Part shown: positions 19,142 through 26,146 of the stretch, piece by piece
Layout of the letters: each line of letters starts with the position of its first letter
Numbering within the stretch: the first letter of the stretch is position 1
Source of the DNA: Patescibacteria group bacterium
GTDB taxonomy: Bacteria > Patescibacteriota > Gracilibacteria > UBA1369 > PNNO01
Direction of reading: 5' to 3'
NCBI GenBank assembly: GCA_042568575.1
Contig: JBHPIO010000015.1
Location: 1-26,960, forward strand
DNA length: 26,960 nucleotides
Program-made: the position numbers and the translations under genes
The notes under the pieces: model-generated
The model's input: only the letters and a program-made list of their open reading frames with translations
Database searches by the model: none
Told to the model about the DNA's origin: nothing

Positions 19142-19941
19142 TTGAGATGTTCTCGGATCGCATCCTCCATTTCTTTTCGAGGTGCCTCTTCGCCAGTCCA
19201 AATTTGAAAACACGCAAACCCCTGATTAAGCAACATTCGATCACCGGTAATCGTCTTAGCCCCGGCATCTTTCGCATCTTTTAGAATTCGAGTCTCTAGC
19301 GGCGAATAAATCATTTCCATCACAGTCATTTCTGATGTGAGGCTTTCTCGTGGGACAATCTCGACTCCTTCCGGCTTGTTCATTCCCGCAGATGTCGCTT
19401 GAACAACGATTTGTGAATTATATTTATTGAAGGATGAAAGTGCATCTGCCTTGCAGTTGAATTCCTTAGCAAGCTCTTTCGCATGTTCCATGGTGCGGTT
19501 CAGTATCACAACTTCAGCAGCATTACTCCTTTGAAGCGCAAAAACAGCAGCGCGCGCAGCTCCTCCAGCACCCAAAATTACGGCTCGCTTCCCTTCAATC
19601 GAAGTAACTTCCTCAATAGCCCCTTGAACCCCCTGCCAATCCACATTCGTCCCATGTAGCTCGCCGTCTTTATTAACAATAGTATTAACAGCCCCTATTG
19701 TTGTTGCTACATCATCGATGATGTCCAGTAGCGGCATGACGTTTTCTTTATGCGGTGTTGAGACATTTAGGCCTTTAATGCCTTCGTCTCGCACTCGTTG
19801 AATAAACTGCTTTAGATCCTCGGGTGGAATATCAAAACGTTGATACTCAGCGCCTAAGTTCAGCGCTTTAAACCCTGCGTTATGCATTGCAGGAGAAAGT
19901 GAGTGTTTGGTCGGATGTGCAAGAATTCCGTAAATATCCAT
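19138..19941 (-). CDS. aroE: Shikimate dehydrogenase
   Basis: HSLSPAMHN, GLNVSTPHK, GAVNT, GTNVD, GAGGAARA, NRT and MLLNQG motifs. Confidence 0.97.
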   Translation of the reverse strand: MDIYGILAHPTKHSLSPAMHNAGFKALNLGAEYQRFDIPPEDLKQFIQRVRDEGIKGLNVSTPHKENVMPLLDIIDDVATTIGAVNTIVNKDGELHGTNVDWQGVQGAIEEVTSIEGKRAVILGAGGAARAAVFALQRSNAAEVVILNRTMEHAKELAKEFNCKADALSSFNKYNSQIVVQATSAGMNKPEGVEIVPRESLTSEMTVMEMIYSPLETRILKDAKDAGAKTITGDRMLLNQGFACFQIWTGEEAPRKEMEDAIREHLN

Positions 19942-20030
19942 GCGTTCATTTTAGGTGAAAGTGGGCTTCCCGGGAAGTCGAAAAATGGGTACGTCAAATT
20001 TCCTATTCTATAGTCGTTTAGCGCGATTTG

Positions 20031-20095
20031 GTATCCAGTAAGTCGAGGGTACCGGATAAGTACGATGTATCCGGTAAGTGGGAGGTACCGGATAA
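20031..20095. repeat. Two tandem palindromic units (TATCCRGTA-N9-TACCGGATA), 36-bp period
   Basis: Copies at 20031-20059 and 20067-20095, between the divergent aroE and mscS genes. Confidence 0.85.
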
Positions 20096-20101
20096 CCCAG
20101 G

Positions 20102-20130
20102 TTGAAAAAAACCTCATTTTTTGCTATAAT
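20102..20130 (+). promoter_or_regulatory. Sigma70-type promoter of mscS
   Basis: TTGAAA, 17 nt, TATAAT with extended TG. Confidence 0.8.
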
Positions 20131-20152
20131 TAACAGATTAAAAAACAAAAAT

Positions 20153-21262
20153 ATGCTCGATTTCTTACTAAACATACAAACCGCATTTGCTCAGGTCACT
20201 ACAGGATCTGTAACCGGCGAAACAGAAACGCAGCTTTCAGGGCTATTAGAATTTTTCCTCATAAAAATTCCTTCCTTTATTGCAGCAATCATTGTTTTCG
20301 CACTCTTTTACCTGCTTTCAAAGGCCATAAAGGGGATTGTGGAATCAAGACTTTCGCAATCATTGGAAGAAAATAAGGAAGTTCAGATACTTGCAGGACG
20401 AACAGCAGCAACAACAACCGTTATCATCGGTGCGACAGTAGCGTTAAACATCGCGGGAATCGACCTGACAGTGATAATCGCTGCAGCCGGTTTCGGTGTA
20501 GGTTTCGCTTTAAAAGACATCATAATAAACTTTTTTGCTGGAATAATGATCCTTGCGCAGAAGCAGTTCACAATTGGAGACTTTATTAACGTAGAGGGCA
20601 CAATCGGAAAAATCGTAGAGATCCAAACTCGTGCGACTATCCTTCAAGCTCTTGATGGAACAAAAGTAGTCGTGCCAAACTCGGAACTATTCTTAAAACA
20701 AGTTACCAGCTACACAAGCAACGCATTCAGACGAATCGAAGTAGTGGTTGGTGTTGAATACGATACAAACCTCAACCAAGCAGTTGAGACATGTTACGCA
20801 GCAATTAAAGGAACAAATGGCGTTCTAATAGAGCCAAAACCAGCGGTTCTTGTAGATGAATTCTCGGATAGCTCGATCAGTCTAATCGTTCGAGCGTGGG
20901 TAGAATCACGAAGCGGATGGCTTCAAATAAAGAGTGACCTTGCTGTAAGCATCAAAACAGAATTTGATAAAGTTGGTATTGGCATTCCATTCCCAATCCG
21001 TACAATTGTTTATGATAAAGATGCTAAGGCGGAAAAAGCAGCAAAGCCAGCATGGGTTGCGCAGGAACCAAAACTGGAAGCAGTTCCAGTCCCAGCAGAG
21101 CCTCAAGTAGCGCCAGCAGCTCAGGCACCAGTTCAAGGTCAAGCAGTCCCAGTAGCGCCAGCTGCACCGGCAGTTATACCGCAGGCAGTAACAAAACCTT
21201 CAAAAGATCAGCCGGGTTCAGCCTTCCTAATTGGAAATCCAGAAGATAAAAAAGAATCTTAA
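20153..21262 (+). CDS. mscS: Small-conductance mechanosensitive channel family protein with Pro/Ala-rich tail
   Basis: GFGVGFALKDIIINFFAGI, FTIGDFI, VVVPNS, V.Y.T and GIGIPFP motifs. ATG 20153 chosen because the TTG at 20102 is part of the -35 box. Confidence 0.93.
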   Translation: MLDFLLNIQTAFAQVTTGSVTGETETQLSGLLEFFLIKIPSFIAAIIVFALFYLLSKAIKGIVESRLSQSLEENKEVQILAGRTAATTTVIIGATVALNIAGIDLTVIIAAAGFGVGFALKDIIINFFAGIMILAQKQFTIGDFINVEGTIGKIVEIQTRATILQALDGTKVVVPNSELFLKQVTSYTSNAFRRIEVVVGVEYDTNLNQAVETCYAAIKGTNGVLIEPKPAVLVDEFSDSSISLIVRAWVESRSGWLQIKSDLAVSIKTEFDKVGIGIPFPIRTIVYDKDAKAEKAAKPAWVAQEPKLEAVPVPAEPQVAPAAQAPVQGQAVPVAPAAPAVIPQAVTKPSKDQPGSAFLIGNPEDKKES

Positions 21263-21323
21263 CCTTTCGTCCTCTCGTTACTTTCATAAGGACTCATCAG
21301 TACCGTTTTTAACGGTAGAGGTT
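21261..21323 (-). ncRNA. Type III hammerhead ribozyme
   Basis: Minus strand reads AACC-UC^-UACCGUU-aaa-AACGGUA-CUGAUGA-GUCCU-(uau gaaa gua acgag)-AGGAC-GAAA-GGUU. The CUGAUGA/GAAA/UH core is complete, with stem I 7 bp, stem II 5 bp and stem III 5 bp. Predicted cleavage after C at 21318. Confidence 0.9.
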
Positions 21324-21503
21324 GGGGACTAGTGTTCGGAATCGCGGTCTATAAGACCGGCCTACTTGACGAACGTCCCCCTTTTTTTGTTGGCAGTGCT
21401 CCTGTCCCCGAGTAGGCGAAGCATCGTTGCCGGTGATTACCTCACTATTGGTGCCGGCTTCCCGACTCTATGACATAACGCTGTGAGGCATAACTGACGG
21501 TAC

Positions 21504-21533
21504 CTAATTGGGGTGCAAATCATGATAATTCAT
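21504..21533 (-). CDS. Mini-ORF 2, MNYHDLHPN
   Basis: AAAGGAGG 6 nt upstream of ATG; 9 codons then TAG. Translation unproven. Confidence 0.35.
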   Translation of the reverse strand: MNYHDLHPN

Positions 21534-21579
21534 GCTTGCCCTCCTTTCGTAGTGAAAGTCAGTTCCTCATTTGATGCGC

Positions 21580-21609
21580 TCAAACGGGGACAAAAGCGAT
21601 TTTGTTCAT
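21580..21609 (-). CDS. Mini-ORF 1, MNKIAFVPV
   Basis: AGGAGGT 4 nt upstream of ATG; 9 codons then TGA. Translation unproven. Confidence 0.35.
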   Translation of the reverse strand: MNKIAFVPV

Positions 21610-21634
21610 TGGCACCTCCTATATGCACATATTA

Positions 21635-21663
21635 TTTTTAACATAAAATACGAAAGATGTCAA
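21635..21663 (-). promoter_or_regulatory. Putative promoter of the hammerhead-terminated RNA
   Basis: Perfect TTGACA (21663-21658), 17 nt, then TAAAAA with extended TG; the -10 box is imperfect. Confidence 0.55.
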
Positions 21664-21763
21664 TGCTCGTTGGAATTACACTAATTTTATCACATATTAC
21701 AACTTTTTGGTTGATAAAAGTCCATCGTGGTGCTAGTTTGTTGCCCGGTATTTTTAGAGATAT

Positions 21764-21791
21764 AAAGAAAAACCCTCATCTAAGATGAGGG
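21764..21791 (-). terminator. Intrinsic terminator
   Basis: CCCTCATC-tta-GATGAGGG hairpin followed on the minus strand by TTTTTCTTT. Confidence 0.8.
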
Positions 21792-22157
21792 GAAAAAATT
21801 CAATTCTATCAATCGAGTTTATTAGAAAAACGACTGAGAATCATGCGAATTTTGTTTTTGTTTTACGGTGACCAGTCCATATTTTTGTTTTTGCTTTGCT
21901 TTGGCATAGTTTTTAGTCGTGCCACCGACCGTCTGTTTAGTGTGCGATCTCAAGTAACCGAAGCTACAAGGATGCACCAGACAAAAGTGAGCGGTCCAGT
22001 TGGTCAGGAAAGGGCCATCACAGAGCAAAAAATGAAACCAATTGAAAACTTCAATTAGTGCACACTTTCTGCTATGCTTATCGCGGTCTGATTTTCAAAG
22101 GTCTGATACTAGGCTCGACAAGGGCATCATATAATCTGTATCTTTTATCGAGCGTTT
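21768..22157 (-). ncRNA. Putative ~390-nt structured RNA (class not recognised)
   Basis: Bounded by a near-consensus promoter and an intrinsic terminator, with no convincing CDS. Has a cUUCGg tetraloop hairpin (21954-21967), a long G-U-containing hairpin (22024-22073) and a 5' stem (22145-22153/22113-22121). Confidence 0.6.
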
Positions 22158-22163
22158 CATGTC

Positions 22164-22192
22164 AGTATATAAAATTAGCCCACGCGAGTCAA
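22164..22192 (-). promoter_or_regulatory. Sigma70-type promoter pointing into the intergenic region
   Basis: TTGACT (22192-22187), 17 nt, TATACT (22169-22164). Confidence 0.75.
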
Positions 22193-22230
22193 AGTATACG
22201 CCTAGACACATTCTTTAAAACCATTGTACG

Positions 22231-22977
22231 TTGGAAATAAAAGGAGTAAAAACCCGCATAATAAAGGAGAAAGACGACCTTTTCGAAGTCTTAAAAGAAT
22301 CTCTAAAAAAGAGCAAAATTAAGCTCAAAGAGAAGGATGTTTTAGTGATCGCATCAAAGGTTTTAGCCGTTACTCAAGGCAGAGTCGTGCCGGTAAAAGA
22401 CCTCGACTACAAGAAAGGTCATTTAAAAGAGATAATTCAAAAGGAAGGCGGCATGCTATTCGAAACAAACTATTGCTGGTTAACCTTTAAAGATGGACAC
22501 TTAATCCCAAACGCAGGCGTAGACAAGTCAAACGTAGAAGAAGGCAAAGTAATTCTCTGGCCAAAAAACATAATAAAGGAAGCACGAGAAATCCAGGAAA
22601 AATTACGCAAAGAATACAAACTCCGCAACTTAGGCGTAGTAATATCAGACTCAACAACAGCGCCACTACGGTCGGGCGTACATGGAATATCACTCGGATC
22701 ACACGGATTTGAAGCAGTAGAGGACTGCCGCGGAACAAAAGACATCTATGGGAAGAAAATCAACATAACAAGACGAGCAATGGCCGACAGCCTAGCAACA
22801 GCCGCAATAATCGTAATGGGCGAGACAAACAACAAGATGCCATTCGCAATAGTACGCGGCGCACCAGTCAAATTCACAAACAAAAAACTGCGAAGACACT
22901 TTATCCGCTTGAAATCGGACTTATTCTACGGTATGTATAATAATGCCTTTAGAAAATTCCTATCACGCAAAAAATAA
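22231..22977 (+). CDS. Coenzyme F420-0:L-glutamate ligase (CofE) family protein, possibly a folate gamma-glutamyl ligase (FolC2-like)
   Basis: DVLVIASKV, PNAGVDKSN, GVVISDS..PLRSG, G.KDIYG, ADSLATAA and MGE motifs; TTG start. Confidence 0.88.
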   Translation: MEIKGVKTRIIKEKDDLFEVLKESLKKSKIKLKEKDVLVIASKVLAVTQGRVVPVKDLDYKKGHLKEIIQKEGGMLFETNYCWLTFKDGHLIPNAGVDKSNVEEGKVILWPKNIIKEAREIQEKLRKEYKLRNLGVVISDSTTAPLRSGVHGISLGSHGFEAVEDCRGTKDIYGKKINITRRAMADSLATAAIIVMGETNNKMPFAIVRGAPVKFTNKKLRRHFIRLKSDLFYGMYNNAFRKFLSRKK

Positions 22978-22978
22978 T

Positions 22979-23584
22979 ATGTTCAAAATCGCGGTACTCG
23001 CATCAACAAACGGCACAGACCTCCAAGCCATCATCGACGAAATGAAAGCCGGCAAAATGGAAGGGATTGAACTTACTTGTGTTCTTAGCTATAAAGAATG
23101 CAAGGCAATAGAAAGGGCAAAGGAAGCAGGGTATGATGCAAGAGTTCTTGGTTCAAAATTTGATAGCAGAGAGAAGTTTGAGATAGCTGCTAAGAATATT
23201 CTCAAGGAGAAAGGCGTGGATCTAGTCTGTTTGATTGGATATATGAGAATATTAAGTGATTGGTTTATAGACGAATTTGATATGAAAATCATAAATGTCC
23301 ATCCGGCAATAGACATGGAAAAGTACGGAGGAGAAGGTTTTTTTGGGGGAAATGTTCATAAAGCAGTGCTTGAGGCTGGTGAAAAGGAAACTGGATGTAC
23401 AATTCATTATGTGACAAAAGAAGTTGATGCTGGTCCTCCAATTGATAGTGAGGAAGTTGAAATTTTACCAAATGACACAGTAGGTACACTTAAAGATAAA
23501 GTGCAGGCATGCGAAAAGAGACTATATCCAGAAGTGATTAGAAAAATAGCAAAAGGAGAATATGTTATGAAGTTACGTTTATGA
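22979..23584 (+). CDS. purN: Phosphoribosylglycinamide formyltransferase
   Basis: IAVLAS.NGTDLQAII, GYMRIL, INVHP and GCTIHYV...VDAGP motifs; ATG 22979 just after the previous stop. Confidence 0.95.
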   Translation: MFKIAVLASTNGTDLQAIIDEMKAGKMEGIELTCVLSYKECKAIERAKEAGYDARVLGSKFDSREKFEIAAKNILKEKGVDLVCLIGYMRILSDWFIDEFDMKIINVHPAIDMEKYGGEGFFGGNVHKAVLEAGEKETGCTIHYVTKEVDAGPPIDSEEVEILPNDTVGTLKDKVQACEKRLYPEVIRKIAKGEYVMKLRL

Positions 23585-23596
23585 AGTTATTCAATC

Positions 23597-24916
23597 CTAC
23601 AATTTCCCCTTCATCTCATCTCGCGCATTTGGGTCTAACGAAGCCTTATTTTCTCGAATATCCAACTCAACTTTTCCTTTAACAAAGCTATTCTCAGGAA
23701 TGTCTTGTGGGATTACTAATCCAGCGCCGATCATGGAATTGCTTCCGATTTTTACGCCTGGCATGAAAGAAGTATTTATTCCGCATCGGATGTGTTCTCC
23801 GCAAATTAGTCCGAATTTGTTGCTTCCGGTAGACATTTTTTCGTCTTTCACGTTTACCGCAATATCCTTCTCATCTAGCCTTAAATTTCCAGTTACGGTT
23901 CCTGATCCGAATGAGCAATTGTCGCAGATTACGCTGTCGCCGATGTAGTTTGTATGCATCCACACATCTTTTCCTAAATATGATCGCGCTACTTCTGTGC
24001 TGTATCCTGCCACGCATCCTTCGTTTACCATTGAATCTCGAACAAGGGCGTTTGTAGCTATAACGCTGCCTTTTCCGATGTATGATGGTCCGATTATTAC
24101 TGCGTTGTCGTAGATCTTTACGTCATCTTCTATGTAGACATCACCTTTTATTACCGCTGATTCTGCGATGTGCGCGCCGTCGTCGATGTACCTTTCTATG
24201 TTTCCAAGGAAATATTTCATCACTTCAAATACGTGCCACGGGTATTTTATTGGCTGCCAAAAGCCATCAAATTCGAGAGCTTTTATTCTTGCCCCATCCT
24301 TTATTAATTTGTTTAATGCAACTTCATATCTATCGTCACGATCGCTCGAAACTTCCTCCAAAGCCATTAATAGTTTTTTCGGATGTTGATGACAGTGTAT
24401 TACGATATTCACAAGATCGCTCGGTTCGCTTCCTTTTCCCGGTTTTTCTATGATTCCTGTTATTAAATGATCCTCCTTTGTTTCCAAATATCCTCCTGGA
24501 AAATACTCAGTTACTTTTTTCCCAACAATGTAACTGTCATATCCGTCTTTGTCGTGTGCTTCTTTGATTAGTTCAAACGCAGCAGGATCAACAACATCAT
24601 TGCTGCTAACTATGCAAACCGGTTCGTCATCAAGAATTTCCTTACAACTAAGCATTGCACCGGCCATTCCATCGTCGAGATCTTTCTGTTCTACAAACTG
24701 AAAAGTAGCTCCATCTAGAGCGTGCTCTTTTGGTACTGTTTTGAGCTTATCCATGTTATGAGCGCCGCCGACCACAATAAAGTTCGTGAAACCAGAATCG
24801 ATAAGCGACTCAATTTGATGGACGATTAAAGGCTTTCCCAAAAATCGAAGGAAGTTTTTATCTGGAATCGGCTGCATTCTTTTACTTCTTCCAGCAGCCA
24901 AAAGTAATACTTGCAT
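23597..24916 (-). CDS. Bifunctional sugar-1-phosphate nucleotidyltransferase/acetyltransferase (archaeal GlmU-like)
   Basis: LAAGRSKRMQP nucleotidyltransferase start, IEKP, YPW, hexapeptide beta-helix, and H.NYIGDSVI and NLRLD motifs typical of the archaeal-type family. Confidence 0.85.
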   Translation of the reverse strand: MQVLLLAAGRSKRMQPIPDKNFLRFLGKPLIVHQIESLIDSGFTNFIVVGGAHNMDKLKTVPKEHALDGATFQFVEQKDLDDGMAGAMLSCKEILDDEPVCIVSSNDVVDPAAFELIKEAHDKDGYDSYIVGKKVTEYFPGGYLETKEDHLITGIIEKPGKGSEPSDLVNIVIHCHQHPKKLLMALEEVSSDRDDRYEVALNKLIKDGARIKALEFDGFWQPIKYPWHVFEVMKYFLGNIERYIDDGAHIAESAVIKGDVYIEDDVKIYDNAVIIGPSYIGKGSVIATNALVRDSMVNEGCVAGYSTEVARSYLGKDVWMHTNYIGDSVICDNCSFGSGTVTGNLRLDEKDIAVNVKDEKMSTGSNKFGLICGEHIRCGINTSFMPGVKIGSNSMIGAGLVIPQDIPENSFVKGKVELDIRENKASLDPNARDEMKGKL

Positions 24917-24923
24917 GTTTAAG

Positions 24924-26102
24924 TTAAGTTACGATATCAGAGAGGCGATCTGATTCTACCGCATCTTTGATTTCCATTGCAATTCTTTCGCCGTAACTTA
25001 CGCTTTTGCCATACAAATATCCTGAGTAAGGTGTGAATGGTGTCCCAGGCGATCCCGGAATTCGCATACTTACGTCAAATATCACGATTTCTTCTTTTCC
25101 ATGATCTGCTGAGATAGCTCCTTGTAATGCAAAAGGTCCAACCATTCCAGGCGCGACTTCTTTGTCCATTGTTGCAACGAACTTTTCACCGGCTTCAAAT
25201 GCCTTTTCTACGATAGATTCCTTCACAGTGCACGAGATATGTCCTGTCTCGATCATTTTTGGCTTATATCCGCTTTCTATTAGTTTTGTCTGGACAACTG
25301 CGTCGAGTCTTAAAAATCCGTCTAGTGACGTCTGTCTTCGTGTGTCAGTTCCTAGCAATTCGAGTTCTTTGGTGAGTGGCGAATAAAAATAGTTGAAATT
25401 TACTTGTGCTCCAATAATAAATTCTTCAATTACCGCGTTGTCGAGGTCTTCTTTTGTGATTAGACCTTTTTCGATCATATCCGAGCTAATTTCTTTAAAC
25501 TCTGTTGTTTTAGTTATTGTGAAGAAAGCTCTTTCGTAACCACGAATTGCCTCATTTACTTTGATTAATAGTGGTCCGCCATTGTTATCAAAATGTTTGT
25601 CCATTGCTTTTTGAGCCTCTTCGTCATTCATTCCGCTATCTCCCGGACGAATGATTCCCGGAATTCTAATCCCAGCCTTAACCAATAATTCATATTGATT
25701 GTTTGGCTGATCACGTTCTTCAAGTCTAACTAGCACTCTGTTTCCATAAATCGGAACGTTGAATTGCTTTTCAATAAGGTCAAAGTCCTTGAAGTACACC
25801 CAAAAGTATCTGTTGTGAATGAAGACGGTGTTTCTTTTGCGAAGTTCTTCTTGAATGTCTTCGTTTACGATGTCCGCGAACTTATCTACAACAATCACAT
25901 CATCGATGCAGCCTTTGCCATCGCGGCTTTTGTAATATTTGGCATATGTCTGTTCGCGGCCTTTTTGGCAAACCGCAAGGGTTTTAAATCCGAGCTTTTT
26001 AGCTCCAGCGCAAACGTCCAAAGCGCTGTGTCCACCAAGCACACCGATTGTAATTTGTGAGGTGTCGTAGCCCTTAAGTACGTCTAAAATTTGATCTTTC
26101 AT
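24924..26102 (-). CDS. PurP-family ATP-grasp protein (PurP-like paralog, DUF1246/DUF1297)
   Basis: GGHSALDV, GYERAFF, IEEFIIG, DTRRQTSLDG, GHISCTVKES, GPFALQ and FDVSMRIPGSP motifs. Confidence 0.88.
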   Translation of the reverse strand: MKDQILDVLKGYDTSQITIGVLGGHSALDVCAGAKKLGFKTLAVCQKGREQTYAKYYKSRDGKGCIDDVIVVDKFADIVNEDIQEELRKRNTVFIHNRYFWVYFKDFDLIEKQFNVPIYGNRVLVRLEERDQPNNQYELLVKAGIRIPGIIRPGDSGMNDEEAQKAMDKHFDNNGGPLLIKVNEAIRGYERAFFTITKTTEFKEISSDMIEKGLITKEDLDNAVIEEFIIGAQVNFNYFYSPLTKELELLGTDTRRQTSLDGFLRLDAVVQTKLIESGYKPKMIETGHISCTVKESIVEKAFEAGEKFVATMDKEVAPGMVGPFALQGAISADHGKEEIVIFDVSMRIPGSPGTPFTPYSGYLYGKSVSYGERIAMEIKDAVESDRLSDIVT

Positions 26103-26146
26103 ATAATCAATTATTAATTCTTGCCGGCATTATAACACTGCAATTG

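Larger units (their letters stand above)
21318..21628 (-). ncRNA. Putative large structured RNA ending at the hammerhead cleavage site (class not recognised)
   Basis: Upstream promoter; 13-bp long-range helix 21585-21597/21398-21410 whose two non-WC pairs are G-U only on the minus strand; nested stems; 7-bp pairing 21411-21417/21360-21366. The 5' end is approximate. Confidence 0.6.

Noticed and set aside
20031-20095. Possible mini CRISPR array
   Set aside because: Only two units separated by 7 nt, with no spacer-length unique sequence and no cas genes.
21389-21470. Fragments resembling the cobalamin riboswitch B12 box (GGGAAG, CAGGAGCACUGCC) or group II intron domain III
   Set aside because: Other required elements are absent: the riboswitch T-loop arm and GCAACUGU, and intron domain V or an RT gene.
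21476-21602. Resemblance to the c-di-AMP (ydaO) riboswitch (AAUCGCU, GAGGAAC, CCGUCAGUUA..CCUC..AGCGUU)
   Set aside because: The central GGGGUGAAUC/GUAGGG elements are missing and no regulated gene follows. A cmsearch should still be run.
21445-21609. A 54-codon ORF from mini-ORF 1 if three in-frame TGA codons were read as Gly or Sec
   Set aside because: TGA acts as a stop elsewhere in the window, long genes have no in-frame TGA, and the product looks unremarkable.
21819-21915. tmRNA-like tag frame (GCC AAA GCA ... TTC TAA TAA on the minus strand)
   Set aside because: I found no tRNA-like domain (GGGG 5' end, T-arm, CCA end) around it, and the peptide ends SFF rather than an Ala-rich degron.
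21828-21940. ZMP/ZTP riboswitch upstream of the cofE-like/purN pair (CCGACCGTCTG on the plus strand)
   Set aside because: The terminal GGGC and the matching 5' pseudoknot partner are missing, and it is ~300 nt from the start codon.
21822-22240. Short ORFs 21822-22028 (-), 21843-22058 (+) and 22058-22240 (+)
   Set aside because: No recognisable motifs or ribosome-binding context. The region is better explained by the promoter, RNA structure and terminator pattern, though coding cannot be fully excluded.
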